A stretch of DNA of 64,000 nucleotides from Basidiobolus meristosporus CBS 931.73 (GCA_002104905.1 MCFE01000489.1:1-64000), one strand, 5' to 3'. Counted from the stretch's first letter, positions 23,390 through 37,285 are shown. Program-made: numbers and translations. Notes: generated by a model from the letters alone, not told the origin.

Positions 23390-24864
23390 TCAGGATGCGC
23401 GCATCCTAGTGAGCGGCGAGAACTTCGGCACTCGGTAGAGTCTTGTGGTCATCAGCTTGATCCCGGTGAGAAGTCGGGTCATGGCGGTGACGTAACGTTT
23501 CTTCGAGATGGGCTCGAAGAAGGACAGCTGCTCGAAGCAGACGATCATGCTGGAGAAGAGGTGATCCATGTCGGCGGCGGAGAGGCCCACGAGGGCGCAG
23601 GGCTCGATGAACTTCTCCACCAGGTTCAGGAAGATGTCCTTGGTCTCCTTGGCGTTGCCCAGGTCGCAGCCCACGTTGAGCACGTTGCGGTAGAGGAGTT
23701 TGAACTGGTTGGCGAGCTTCTCCGTGGGGTTCAGGCTCGTGTGGCTCTTCAGGTGGTTGAACACCGCGACTCGATACTCCTCCACATGCCCCTTGTCCCT
23801 AGCCACCACGAGCTTCAGGTCCCGTATGTCCAACGCCAGGTTCTCGTCCAACTCCTCCAGGTTCGTCAACGAGGTTGGGGTCCAGTAGTGGGACAGCACC
23901 GACGCGCAAAACTCGAAGTCCGCGAAGTTGTAGTAGGACAGCTTTCTCCGGGAGGTGTCGAACCGGTTGTTGCTAAGGAAGATGATGTGCGCGTAGAGCC
24001 TAGAGGGTTGGATGTCCGTAGAGGGTGAGGGTCCGTCCGTTTGCCAAACACTGCCTCACGATTCGCTTTACCTGGCCAACGGGTGGGGAAGGAGGAACTT
24101 CTGCTCTATGTCTTCGATGATCCGTTGCCCTTCCGATTCCTCCACTTGCTTCAAGATCCGCTTCAGGTTGTCGAACTAAATCCCCCCCACACACACACAC
24201 GCCAAACGTGTCACCCAGCGTTTCAGGAGACCAAGCTTCGCTACGTCACACTTACCTGACGTCTGCAAGCCCCAAGGGGCAGTTTGGTTTTGACGCTGAT
24301 ATCCTCCAGGTCTTTCCTCAACCGGGAGCTCAGTTTCTTTCCTAGCAGCTCGCGCATCACCGCCTCGTCGAAGCCGTAGTACCTAAGGGGACGTGCCAAG
24401 GGGTTAGGGAGGTCGGGGTTGGTCAAGAGGAAGGGAGGAAACCTGGCTACTTTTCCACCAGCTCCTGTTTCACCTCCATGGGAAGGGGAAACAGAAACTG
24501 TCCAATGAAATACCGGGGTCGGTGCAGGTAGTGCTCGAACTTCTCGAACGTGCGGTAGTGGGAGAGCACATAGTTGTACACCGTCTTCGGGGAGACCCCT
24601 TGGGAGACCAGCGCCTTTCTACGCTCGAACGTTTGCTCGACTAAGTAAAGGGAGGGGGGGCAGACGGGAGGAAGGGGGAGGGAAAAAAAATTTTTTTGGG
24701 AACGGTTCGCCGTTCGCGGAGACCACGTCCCGTTGTTAGTCCGTACCGTACAACGTGCAAGTCCTTCCCTAGCTGAACAAACCGGTAAACCCCATAAGCC
24801 ACTGCTCGTAGATGCTCTTGTCCACCTCGAACTCGTTCTCCAGGAAGATCGTGAATTCCGTCAT
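23390..24864 (-). CDS. FIBP: FGF1 intracellular binding protein homolog, multi-exon
   Basis: '[23 protein letters not shown]', '[49 protein letters not shown]' and 'FLSNNRFDT...FADFEFCA' closely parallel animal FIBP. Confidence 0.93.
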
Positions 24865-26549
24865 GGTCGGTGGTGGTAACCTAGTTGGGTCCCTCGCAAC
24901 AAGCTCTCCTGGTTTGATGAAGGGCCGATTTCGTGGCCTGGAATATCAACCCATCCTCATCCCCTCCGTTTGGACCCCGTATTTTCGGGGGGGGGCCCTT
25001 TTTCATCCAGCGGAATGCGATTGGCCCCCGTGATCAATCATTCATGCAGCACCCTTCGTGCATTGTATTTGTAGTCGGTGACCAAACAGTGTGGGGACCA
25101 TCAACACCATCTAAAATAGATAAACGGTCATCAGGGAAGGAGATTTGGATGTTTCCAGTGCCATTTGATCTTTCGGAAGACCTCCCCCCTCGATTTGTTT
25201 GTACCCTGTGTAGAGTTGAACTTGGAGTGGTGGCTGCTCACTAAATGTCTTACGTCCACCCAGCTGAGATCCATGCATAGACGGATACAGGCCGTGAACC
25301 ATCTCTCATCATTTTTGTTACCGGATTGGGGATTTGTGATACAAGCTGTGGCTACCAAGCCTCACTACTTCCTTGGATACAACCTGCTGCCCTGATAAGT
25401 CACCTTTAACATCAGTATTGGAGGCTTGCTGACCAACTCAACTGATATAGATGCCAGATTACAACTTATAATCTGCCACATTTCCCTCTGTCTCATTCTA
25501 CTGCTATTAGGAGAACCAGAGTGTTTCTACTCATGATGGGGGGGTTCCTTGAGCAGGTGGAATGGTATTGCTAACATAAAGCTTGGCTGCCCTGGCAAGA
25601 GCATGCATTTGCATAAATTGGTGCCTCTGTTATAATGGACCTTAAGGGGTAACTTGGTCAATATGTGAGTGATGAAATGTAGACCCTACACCTGTGTTGC
25701 AAGGTGTGTGGTCATTCTTGGAGTTGACAAGGCCTTGAAAGCTACTTGCCTTCCCCAATGTGCCTTGAGTGGTGTGGGGATGTTAGTGGAATTAGATGTG
25801 GTGGGATGTGAAGTTGGGCTATTTGCCATTCACACCATGCTCATCATGTCAGAATAGTGTCTTTGTTACTTCACTGGTACATGCCAAGAAAAGTAAGAAG
25901 ATTGACTTTGTGAGTCTTTGACCCATAAATGCATACACAGCCTGGTTGGCATTTGAAAACTCCTTGGGTCCTGTGCTGTTGTAAACTTTGTCATCACACC
26001 TAATCACTTGCTTAACTAGGTCACTTGGATCCCAGTCCACAAATCTTTGTGAAATCTGGCCAAATTCCTTGTTGGGATTTACTTTGGATATACCCCAAAA
26101 TACCAGGCACTCTGGACATCAGTATTATAATGATGTTCAACCAGCCCTCAACTCTGCACACCTGATCTTGGGATTGTCATAAAAGCAGTTTTCTTGTCCA
26201 ACATGTCAAGACCAGGTCAAAGTATCCTATGAAACACCCAAACTTGGATTTCACTTGATTCTCAGGCATTGCATTCAATCAGTCAACTAGTCAAACCCAT
26301 GATATCTACTTGTTCTTCAAGTTATGCTCAATATCTCCAAGACTTTCACAATACACAATGAACCTCAGGCTGGAACTCTTTGGAGTGTCTGCAACTGCTA
26401 CAAATAGAATTTCTCCCTATGCCAAAAAGTGGAATGGAACTGACAACCAGATTCTAAAGGTGATGACGTGGATGATGCTTCAGGAAAGAGACCATTGGGA
26501 TGCTGTCATGGGAGAACAATACCTACCTTTAAGTGTAGAAGAAACCTGA

Positions 26550-26890
26550 AAGTACTAGACCCTTAGAAATAAAATTCAGTGAAAGCCAGTGAAACACCAG
26601 CAGAATGCCAGTTGATTATCTGCTAAATCCCAAGTTGACAGTATATTACAGTGCAAAAGAAAGAACAACATGTTTTCAACTGCATTTGTCTCAATAGCAA
26701 TGAGCATACAGTGATTCAATGCCCAAGAGCAAAAGCTGCTAGGAATGCCTGAAAGGCATTAGAAGACACCTATCCATCTGGTACAGTTGCCAAAAGAATG
26801 CCCCATGAAAAAATGCTTTACTACAAAGGGGCTCCCAGCTGATGAAACCAGAACTTTCATTACCAGATTACCCTCTTGGTTGATGATATG
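26550..26890 (+). mobile_element. Decayed copia gag fragment
   Basis: Similar to the gag start of family A (5000-5290, opposite strand). Confidence 0.5.
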
Positions 26891-26891
26891 G

Positions 26892-27172
26892 TGTTATGCA
26901 TCAACATGCAAGACTTGGTCATGTTTACTAAGTTAGGAAATCTAGCTCCCTAACTGGTTTTCCCTAACTAAGGTATAACTAATTCTGGTTGTGATTCATT
27001 CTGTCCCATCTTCATATCCATTTTAACAATATCAGTTGATGTTGTGCATCAAAATTCAAAGCTTGGTCAGTATTACTCTGTTAAAAAATCTAGTCCCTAG
27101 CTGATTTTCCTTGACCCAGACATACCTAATCCCAGTATTGGTGTACTTTACCACATCTCAGAATCTACTCTT
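26892..27172 (+). mobile_element. Two tandem 5' fragments of LTR family C (period ~148)
   Basis: tgtt(a/g)tgcatcaa...aaaatctag..ccta starts at 26892 and 27040; homologous to 48851-49000. Confidence 0.65.
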
Positions 27173-30100
27173 TGTTGTAAGAGTCTTGGAGATATTGAAA
27201 GTGGTAGGAGAACATGTAGATAATATGGTTTTCACTTAATGATTTATTGGGTGTAAAAGTAGTATATATACTTTTACATGGTCTTGACATAACAGACACA
27301 TAGAATGGGTTTAGGATGGTTGCAAGAGCATGTGTGCAAAGTTTGGGGCTGTTTGGACAACTTTGAGAATCTTCATGTTCTAGGTACCTGATACTCTGGT
27401 AAAAATATTTTAAGTAAATCCTGGCAAGGGTTTTGGTCAGTATTCTTTAGGATTTGAAGGTACCAATCTAAGTGACTAACTCAGATGAATATTAAGGTGG
27501 AATAACAAACTTTTACAACACTCCCACTCAACCAAATGCTCATACTGACTAGTCCTAATTTTGACCTAAAATATTCAAACTTGTCTCTAGCTAATGGTCT
27601 GGTGAATATGTCTGCAATCATTTCACCTGTAGGACAGTAAGCTAAGTCAACCATGTTATTCCCTATTGCTTCATATATGAAATGGTGTCTTATATCTATG
27701 TGCTTAGTTCTAGCATGAAAATCTGGATTTCTGCCTGATTGTGTACCTCCTTGATCATCTTGAAATAAAGTAATAGGCGTTTTTTGACACAAGCCTAAAT
27801 CTTGAATAAGCTTCCTTAACCACATTGCTTCTTTTGTAGCCTCACAGGCTGCCATATACTCTGCCTCTGTGGTAGAAAGTGCCACAGCAGGTTTCTTTCT
27901 TTAATTCCATGAAATTACTCCTTTGAAGTAAAGAAAGGTGTATACTGTGGTGGATCTTCTGTCTTCCACATTTTGTGCCCAATCAGCATCAGAGTATCCC
28001 ACAAGATTCTGTTCTGAATCCTTATTAGTGTATCCTAAGCAGATATCAGCAGCTCCTTTTAGGTATCTAAAAATCTGCTTAACTGCTGCAATATGATCAG
28101 ATCCATGGCTCTGATTATGCTGGCGAACAACTCCCACTGAATATGAGACATCTGGACATGTTCTAAGAATGATATATATCATACTGCTGACCATAGACTG
28201 ACAAGGCAACTCAGGGCTTTCAGATGACACCAAGCTCTTGGTATTTGGTTAGTTTTAACCAAGTTAAGGTTTGTCTCCATTGGGGTAGCTGTTATGAATA
28301 GACACAAGGCAGGAGAGTAGGGCTAGGCAAGGCAGGACCAAGAAAGGAGTTAGGTGTGGATCAACAAGGTAAGGCATGTTTTCAAGGTAAGGTGGATTTC
28401 CAAGGCAAGGCTGTTTATTCAAGACCTGTGTTTATCAGACCGAGGAATACATAAAGGTGGATAGGACTATATATACTTTTGGGCAATATGGATGCCAAGA
28501 GATATTGGCTAATACTAATGGGGTTCTGGGGTGAGGCACAGTAAGTGTGCTGAGATAAAAATATACAAAAGAACAAGCTAGAATATCACATGGGGATATG
28601 TCAGGGGTTGGCTAATTATGTGACCAGGTCATATGCCATGTAATTCCCATATAGGGTATGGGACTACAGAAATTCCAATGGGAAGCTTCCATAAAATGTT
28701 CCATTGTGTACTTTTGACTTAGAGCTTTCAAGAAGTTGCTAAAATGTAGTAAAACTTTCTAGAAGGAACTTGGACTTCTTTGCTGACTTGATTTGGCTTG
28801 ATAATTGGAGGCCAGGGATAATATGTGATCATGACAGTGGGCTGCCAGTTTACAATCTTCCAATTGGTACTTCTTTAGTATATCTTATCCCTTAGTAGTA
28901 ACTGAGTTCTCCTAGATTGGACATCTTGAGCTCCTCAGATAGGCTGGATTTAGTCTCTTCCAATGTTTCTAGGTTATTGGAGGCTGTAATAAGATCATTC
29001 ACATATAGAGCTATTAAAGCTGGATTTGCACTACCTGGCTTATAGTATATGCTATGGGCAGCATTACTCCTTTTGAAACTCAAAGATTCCAAATAAGAAT
29101 CTATTTTGCAGTTCCAGGTTCTCTGTAATTCTTTAGTCCATATAGAGACTTTGGAAGCTTGCAGGCCAAATGCAGATTACCTTGGTCAGCAAACCCATCA
29201 AGCTGGCTCATATACATATCCTAATCAAGTTCTCCATTCAAAATGCAGTTTTTACATCCATTTGATGTATAAAAAACTTGTATTTGGCTGCAATAGCCAA
29301 TGTTAATCTGATGCAATTTAATGTGGCTACTAGTACAAAGGTCTCAGTATAGTCAAGTCCTTTTGTTTGAGAGTTTCCTTTGGCCACAAGTCTTAATTTG
29401 CATCTTTCAATTGTACTATCAGCCTTTTATATTGTCTTAAAGACCCATCTGCATCCAATTGATTATTAGTTGAATGGTAATTTGACTAAGTCCCAAGTTT
29501 GATTTTCCATCAGGGCCAGATATTCCTCAGTCATTGCAGATCTCCAAAGCTTTGTCTGAGGGCTATTTAGGGCCTCTTTTACAGTCTGGGGTTCATCAAT
29601 ATGGACTGAATAAACATAGGCTAAGTTTGTACTCTAATTGATATAGTAATCTGGGCTATTGTGTGTCTGGTTGGATCTCTATGCACTTGATACTGAAATG
29701 ATCTCTACTGGGATATTCCTGGACACAAATTCAGGCTGAAACATGGTTGTAAAGTCCTCTGGAGCAAAAAAAACTTCACTGTTTTGCTTTAATTTAATCC
29801 TGACAATTGGTGGACTTGACATCAGATTTTTGCAATCAACTAATGTCATCTTTCATGGAAATTTTGCATTCTCATTAAACAATGCATCCCCAGACTTGAT
29901 AAGCTACTTTTCTTTAGTATTGTAGAGTCTCTATACTTTACTCATATTGCATTGGCCCAAAAAAATGCATTTTGCACTTTTTGGCTCAGTTTTGACTGAT
30001 TTCCGCACAGTTTCTTAATAAAGTCTGTATACCCAAGTATTCCTAGATGTTCCACACTTGGTCTGTATACTAGCATGCTTTAGACTGAGTAGAATCATAA

Positions 30101-31166
30101 AGTATTCTGTTAAAACTTTTACTTTTAAGGTATACAGCTGTGGCAACTGATTCTGCCCAAAAATCATAGGATAATATTTGATCTTGGAACATAGATCTCA
30201 CCATGTCAACAATTGACTTATTTGCTGATTCTGCTACTCCAATTTGCTGTGGAGAGTATAGTACAGTAGTCTCTTGCTTTATCCCATGACTTTTGCAGAA
30301 GTGGATGTAGAGTTTTGAGGTATATTCTCAACCATTGTCAGAGCATATTTTCTTGATTTTTTCACCAGTTTCTCTGGCCACCATGGCTTTAAACCCCCTG
30401 AGCTTAGACAGAGCTTCATCCTTTCTCTCCTTGAAGTAGACCCGCATGTATCTTACATAATCATCAATACAAGTGATTGAATACTTCATCCTGCCTAAAG
30501 ATAAATATGGCATAGGTCCACACAGATTTGAGTGAGCTAAATATAATTTTTCTCATTGTGATTACTCTAGAGCTCTTGAGCAGTTGTCTGGCTTGTTACC
30601 ATATATGCAGGCTATACAGTGCTTCATATTAGCTGGGGGATCAGTCTTACCCCTGAAACTAGCTGATATTTAATCATTTTGCACAAACTATCAAAATTGA
30701 TGTGTCCAAATCTTCTGTGCCACAGCAGTAGTGTTTCTTCACTTAAGTTACTTATATTGGCTTCCAGATATGCTGGAATATAAGACAAATTATACAGATT
30801 CCAATCTCTTATACCCAAAGCAATATAAGTACCATTTTGTTCCGTAATCCTGCATCCAGAGTTGTCAAAATGAAACTGAGTCCTTCTGCTGTGGCCTTGC
30901 TTACAGATAGTAGGTTCTTGGCTATTTCTGGTACATCAAGTACCTCTTCAAAGGTCAGTGTATGGCTTCCTTCACTGCTCCTGAAGTTTACTTGTATAAC
31001 TTTTCCCCACTGCATCAAGTGTTCTACTGGCACCCATAAAGACCTTCTTAATTCAAATTTCTTGATATTGGGTAAAAAGTTCTTTTTGGTGTGTAAAGTC
31101 TTGAGTTACTCCATACTCATTATACCCTATCTGAGAATCCTTGTTTGCAGTCATACTTGAGTGCAG
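27173..31166 (-). mobile_element. Ty1/copia family A, 5'-truncated (PR-IN-RT-RH, 3' LTR 27173-27520)
   Basis: RH 'ALSTTEAEYMA...HARTKHIDIRHH'; RT 'LYVNDL'; PPT TTGAGTGGGAG next to the LTR. Confidence 0.93.
28290..28836. mobile_element. Solo LTR family E inserted in copia RT
   Basis: TG...CA ends; the copia sequence resumes on both sides; TSD is degenerate. Homologous to ~36335-36855. Confidence 0.7.
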
Positions 31167-31760
31167 TTTCCTGGGAGTGTCCTGTGGTCTGGGGTTGGAA
31201 GTTCAGGTAGCAGTAGGTAGTAGTAATCACACTAATCAACAAGTTGGTATACTGATAAAAGGGATGATGATTTATTGTTGAGGGATAGCCTCCCTTATAT
31301 ACTTTTCTTACTGGCTAAGCAATTACTAACATGGTGTTCCGGAAGGTTCCAGATATCAATAGAAATCTTAATGACATCAGAATGACCTAACAGTGTTCTA
31401 GTAGGTGCTGGAAGGTTCTAAGAGGCACAGCACATCCTACCAATCAGGAATTAGTACTCTGAAACCTGTGTAACATAGGGATGCCATATATGGTATGAAA
31501 ATGGTTGGGATGGTGACACAGGTTTATTATGCGTCATGGGTACAGGTGCAGGTGCTTGTCTATTATAGAAGCACTTATGGCTAGTAATCTTACATAAAGT
31601 GAGCAATAACTTATTCAATAAGGAAAGCAGGTGTGACAGTCAACTGGCTTATGGGATAGTACTGATCAGGTAAGACAAATGGGATAAAACTAAAGCAAGT
31701 GTGGTAGAGATATAGGGAAGTAGAAAACATGGGATTGAGCACATGTGTCAGTGGGTGTCA
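31167..31760. mobile_element. LTR family F (spacer between the inverted copia pair)
   Basis: Homologous to 40966-41571; ends gtgggtgtca. Confidence 0.7.
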
Positions 31761-31774
31761 CTGTCACCCCAGAA

Positions 31775-34700
31775 CACCAAAGTCTCAAAAAGAGAGATAA
31801 TCAGCAAAAGAAGCCTAAATATGGAAATGCTGCAATAACCAAAGATAGACTATTCATATCTGCAAAGAATATGACCACAAAAAAGGATCCACAGACATGG
31901 CACATTGACTCTGGTGCATCTCAACACTTTACACACCAATAAGAACTTTTTACCTAATATCAAGATATTCCAATCAAGAAGGTTTTCATGGGTGATAATA
32001 GAACACTTGATGCAGTGGGAGAAGGCACTATCCAAGTAAACCTAAGAAGCAGTGAAGGAAGCCATACACTGACCTTTAAAGAAGTGCTTTATGTACCAGG
32101 AATAGCCAAGAACCTACTATCTGTAATCAAGGCCACAGCAGAAGGACTCAGTTTCAGCTTTGACAATTCTGGACGCAAGATCACTGATCAAAATGGTGCC
32201 CATATTACTTTGGGTATCAGATATCAGAATCTATACAAGTTGACCTATATTCCATCATATTTGGAAGCCAATACAAGTAACTTAAATGAAGAAACACCAA
32301 TGCTGAAGCACAGAAGATTTGGGCACATCAATTTTGATCATTTGTACAAAATGATCAAAGATCAGCCAATTTCCAGAGTAAAAATTGATCCCCAGCTAAT
32401 TTGGAGCATTGTGAAGCCTGCATATGTGGGAAACAAGCCAGTCAGCTGTTCAAGAGCTATGGGTTAATCAAAACCAAGAAAAAATTAGATCTAATTCACT
32501 CAGATCTGTGTGGACCTATGCAAAATTTATATTTAGGTGAGATCAAGTATTTAATCACTTTGAATGATGATTATACAAGATACACATGGATCTACTCCAT
32601 GGAGTGAAAAAAAGAAGCTTTTTCTAAGTTTGAGTAGTTTAAAGCCATAGTGGAGAGAGAAACTGGTGAAAAAATCAAGAAAATATGCTCTTACAATGGT
32701 GGAGAATATACCCCAAAACTCTTTATCCACTTCTGCAAAATTCATGGGATAAAGCAAGAGACTACTCTACCATACTCCACACCATAAAATGCAGTAGTTG
32801 AAAGTGCAAACAGATCAACAATTGATATGGCAAGATCTATGATCCATGATGAAAAATTATCCTATGATTTTAGGGTGGAATCAGTTTCCATTGCTCTATA
32901 CCTTATAAATAGGAGTTATAAGAGAGTACTTTATGATTCAACTCCATTTGAAGTATGGTATGGGTACAGACCAAGTGCAGAACACCTAAGAATATTTGGG
33001 CATACAGCAAATGCCAAGAAACTGCCCAGAAATCAGTAAAGATTTGAGCCAAAAAGTGTAAGATGCTTATTTCTGGGTTACCACAATGGGAGTAATGCAT
33101 ACAGACTCAGCAATACCAAAGCAAAGATGCTCATCAAGTCCAGGGATGTGTTGTTTGATGAAAATTCAAAATTTTCACAAATGATGACACCAGATGATGA
33201 CCAAAACTTGCTCTCAGGTCCACCAATTGTCAGGATTGAATCAGAGCAAAACAATGTAAAATTTTTCACTCCAGAGGACTCTACAACTGTGGTTTGGGCA
33301 GAAGCGGTGCCCAGGAAGATCCCAGAAGTAATCATTCCAGTGCCAAATGCCTGGAGATCCAATTGGACAAGAAATAGCCCAAATTACTATATCAATGAAG
33401 GTACAGACTTAGCATATGCCTATTCAGTCCATGTTGATGAACCCCAGACTGTAAAAGAGGCCATAAATAGCCCTCAGACAAAGTCTTGAAGATCTGCAAC
33501 GACTGAGGATTATCAGGCCCTGATGGAAAATCAAACTTGGGACTTAGTCAAATTACCATTCAACCAAAGATCAAATGGATGCAGATGGGTCTTCAAGATA
33601 AAATACAAGGCTGATGGTACAATTGAAAGATGCAAAGCAAGACTTATGGCCAAAGGTTACTCTCAAACAAAAGGACTTGACTATACCAAGATCTTTGCAC
33701 TGGTAGCCAAGTTTAATTCCATCAGACTAATATTGCCTATTGCAGCCAAATATAAGTTTTTCACTCATCAAATGGATGTAAAAACTGCATTTTTGAATGG
33801 AGAACTTGATGAGGATGTGTATATGGACCAGCCTGATGGGTTTGCTGACCAAGATAACCCCCATTTGGTCTGCAAGCTTAAAAAGTCACTATATGGTCTC
33901 AAACAATCACCAAGAGCCTGGAATTGCAAGAGAGATTCTTATTTGGAATCTTTGAGTTTCAAAAGGAGTAATGCTGACTATAGTATATACTATAAGCCAG
34001 ATAGAGCAAATCCAGTTCTATTAGCTCTATATGTGGATGATCTTATTATAGCCACCAATAACCTAGAAACATTGGAAGAAACTAAATCCAGCCTATCTAA
34101 GGAGTTCAAGATGTCTGATTTAGGAGAACTTAGTTACTACTTAGGGATTAAGTTCTCCATAGACAGAAGTACCCAGACTATTACCCTAAGCCAATCCAAG
34201 CATATTCAAGATATACTAAAGAAGTACCAAATGGAAGACTGTAAACCGGCAGCTACCCCAATTGAGACAAACCTTAACTTGGTCAAAACTCAACCAAATC
34301 AAGAGAGCTTGGTGCCATCTGAAAGCCCTGACTTTCCTTATCAATCTATGGTCGGCAGTCTGATGTATATCATGCTTGGAACACCTCCAGATATCTCATA
34401 TTCAGTGGGAGTTGCCAGCCAACATAATCAGAACTATGGATTTAATCATATTGCAATAGTTAAGTGGATTTATAGATACCTAAAGAGAACTGCAGATATC
34501 TGCTTAAGATACACCTATAAGGATTTAGAACAAGATCTTGTGGGATACTCTGATGCAGATTGGGGACAAAATTTAGTTTATTGGCTATTGCAACCAAATA
34601 TATAATTTTTTATTCATCAAATGGATGTAAGAACTCCATTTTTGAATGGAGAACTTGATGAGGACATGTATATGGATCAGCCTGATAGGTTTGCTGACCA

Positions 34701-36218
34701 AGATAACCCCTGTTTGATCTGCAAGCTTAAAAAGTCGCTATATGGTCTCAAACAATTACCAAGAGCCTGGAATTGCAAGATAGATTCTAATTTGGAATCT
34801 TTGAGTTTCAAAAGGAGTAATGCTGACTATAGTATATACTATAAGCCAGATAGAGCAAATCCAGTTCTGTTAGCTCTATACATGGATGATCTTATGATAG
34901 CAATCAATAACTTAGCAACATTGGAAGAGACTAAATCCAGCCTATCTAAGGAGTTCAAGATGTCAAATATAGGAGACCTCAGTTACTACTTAGGGATTAA
35001 GCTCTCCATAGACAGAAGTACCCAGACTATCACCCTAAGTCAATCCAAGTATATTTAATATATACTAAATAAGCACCAAATGGAAGACTGTAAACCGGCA
35101 GGTACCCAATAGAGACAAATCTCAACTTGGTCAAAACTTAACCAAATCAAGAGTGCTTGGTGCCATCTGAAAGCCCTGACTTTCCTTATCAATCCATGGT
35201 CAGCAGTCTGATGTACATCATGCTTGGTACACATCCAAATATCTTGTATTCAGTGGGAGTTGTCAGCAAAAATGATCAGAACTATGGATTTAATCATATT
35301 GCAATAGTTAAGTGGATTTATAGATACCTAAAGAGAACTACAGATATCTTCTTAAGATACACTTATAAGGATTCAGAACAGGATCTTGTGGGATAATCTG
35401 AAGCAGATTGGGGACAAAATATGGAAGACAGAAGATCCACCACAGGATACACCTTTCTTTACTGTAAAGGAGCAATTTCATGGAACTCAAGAAAGTAGCC
35501 AACCATAGCACTTTCAACCACAGAGGCAGAATGTATGGCAGCCTGTGAAGCTACAAAAGAAGCAATATGGTTAAGAAAGCTCTTTGCAGATTTAGGCCTA
35601 TGTCAAAAAATACCTATTACTTTATTTCAGGATAATCAAGAATGTAGACAATTAGGTAGAAATCCAACTTTTCATGCTAGTACTAAGCACATAGATATCA
35701 AACATCATTTCATATGTGAAGCTATAGAGAATAACTTAGTTAGCTTAGCTTACTATCATTCAGATGAAATGATTGCAGACATATAAACCAAACCATTAGC
35801 TAGAGACAAGTTTGAATATCTCAGGTTAAAATTAGGACCAGTCAGTATAAGCATTTATCTGAGTGTGAGTGTTGTAAAAACTTCTAATTCCACCTAAGTA
35901 TTCACCTAACTTAGTCACTTAGATCATTACCTTCAAAACCTAGAGAGTACTGACCAAATTCCTTGTCAGGATTTACTTACAATATTTTCACCAAAATACC
36001 AGGTACCCAGAACATGAGAATTCTGAAAGTTGTCCAAAGAGCCCCAAACTTTGCACACATGTTCTTGGGACCTTCCTTAACCTATTCTATGTGTTTGGAA
36101 TGCCCAGACCATGTAAAAGCATATATACTACTTTTACATTTAGTAGATCATTAAGTGAAAACCACATAATCTACTTGTCCTCCCAATCACTTGCAATATC
36201 TCCAAGACTCTTACAACA
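31775..36218 (+). mobile_element. Ty1/copia family A, 5'-truncated, with internal ~850-bp RT duplication; 3' LTR 35870-36218
   Basis: WHIDSGASQH; integrase; RT ORF 33523-34605 (QMDVKTAFLNG, LYVDDL); duplicated RT 34600-35420; RH 35535-35786. Confidence 0.95.
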
Positions 36219-36334
36219 TGAAATACCCATTGTAGTGGTGGGTGAGCAAATCAGGAGGGGTGATTGTTTAGAGGAGTATATGAATGGCACAGTGAATGTC
36301 AAAAAAGGAAATATATATTGGTAAATTGGTATGG

Positions 36335-36855
36335 TGTGATTACACAAAACTAGCTGCAGGCATTAGGAATAGATCCAAGACAAGAGCATGGAGCTAAGCA
36401 AGGCAGGGCTGGGAAAGGACTTGAGTGAGGATGAAAAAGGCAAGGCAGATTCTAAGGGAAAGCTGTTCATTCAAAGCCTGTGTTTGTCATACTGAGGAAT
36501 ATAATGGGGGAGATAGGACATTCTATACTGCTGGCAATATGGATGCCATCAGATGTTGACTAATACTGATGGGGTTATACATGGGGCACAGCAAGTGTGC
36601 AAGATAGAAGTATATCAAAAAATAGACTGGTATATCAAATGGAGATATGCCAGATGTTGGGTGTGCATGTAGCTAAGTTGTATGCCATGTGACTACCACA
36701 TATGGCATGACACTACATAGATACCAATTGGAGGGCTCCACAGAATATGTAATGTAGACTTGGAGCCTTCAAAGAGCTGCTAGAATTGTTGTATTGTATT
36801 ATGATCAGTTTGGGGCTTGTTCTGCAATGTAAAGGCTAATCAACAATATACAACA
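36335..36855. mobile_element. LTR family E, diverged copy
   Basis: Aligns by eye to 28330-28700; boundaries approximate. Confidence 0.55.
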
Positions 36856-37109
36856 ACTTCCAGTATGCTTATACTGAAATAGTTTACTGGCAGCTTGATA
36901 TACCAATAGAAGATATCACTTTCACCAATATCCTCAATCTTAGGCTCAAAATATACTATAGGCAGTGATTCTCACTTCTACAGCAGTGTTCTGACCTTCT
37001 GTCATCTATTGAGCTTATGTACTTTTATAGTAACCTTTCCTTATCTGGAAGTCACTTTCCTCTCTGAGATAATATTTCCTAATATGGAAATTTTAAACTC
37101 CCCATTTAC

Positions 37110-37285
37110 CTAAAGGGTGTGTTGTAGAAGTCTCTAAAGGGGTATTTAGACCTAAAGGGGTGTCCAAAGGGGTATCTTTAGAGTAAAGGGGCTTCTAGTA
37201 GTGGTCTATAGAGTGGTCTTTAGACTAAAGGGGTGTCCAAAGGGGTGTCATTAGAGTAAAGGGGTTTCTTAGAGGGGACTTTTCT
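37110..37285. repeat. Degenerate AAAGGGG(T) repeat array with ~73-bp higher-order duplication
   Basis: About 9 motif copies; 37146-37199 resembles 37219-37272. Confidence 0.8.

Noticed and set aside
23264-24028. 254-aa plus-strand ORF
   Set aside because: Antisense shadow of the GC3-rich FIBP exons; no independent signal.
25400-26500. Possible gypsy gag relic on the minus strand
   Set aside because: Only weak 'WDPSDLVKQ' similarity; not enough to annotate.
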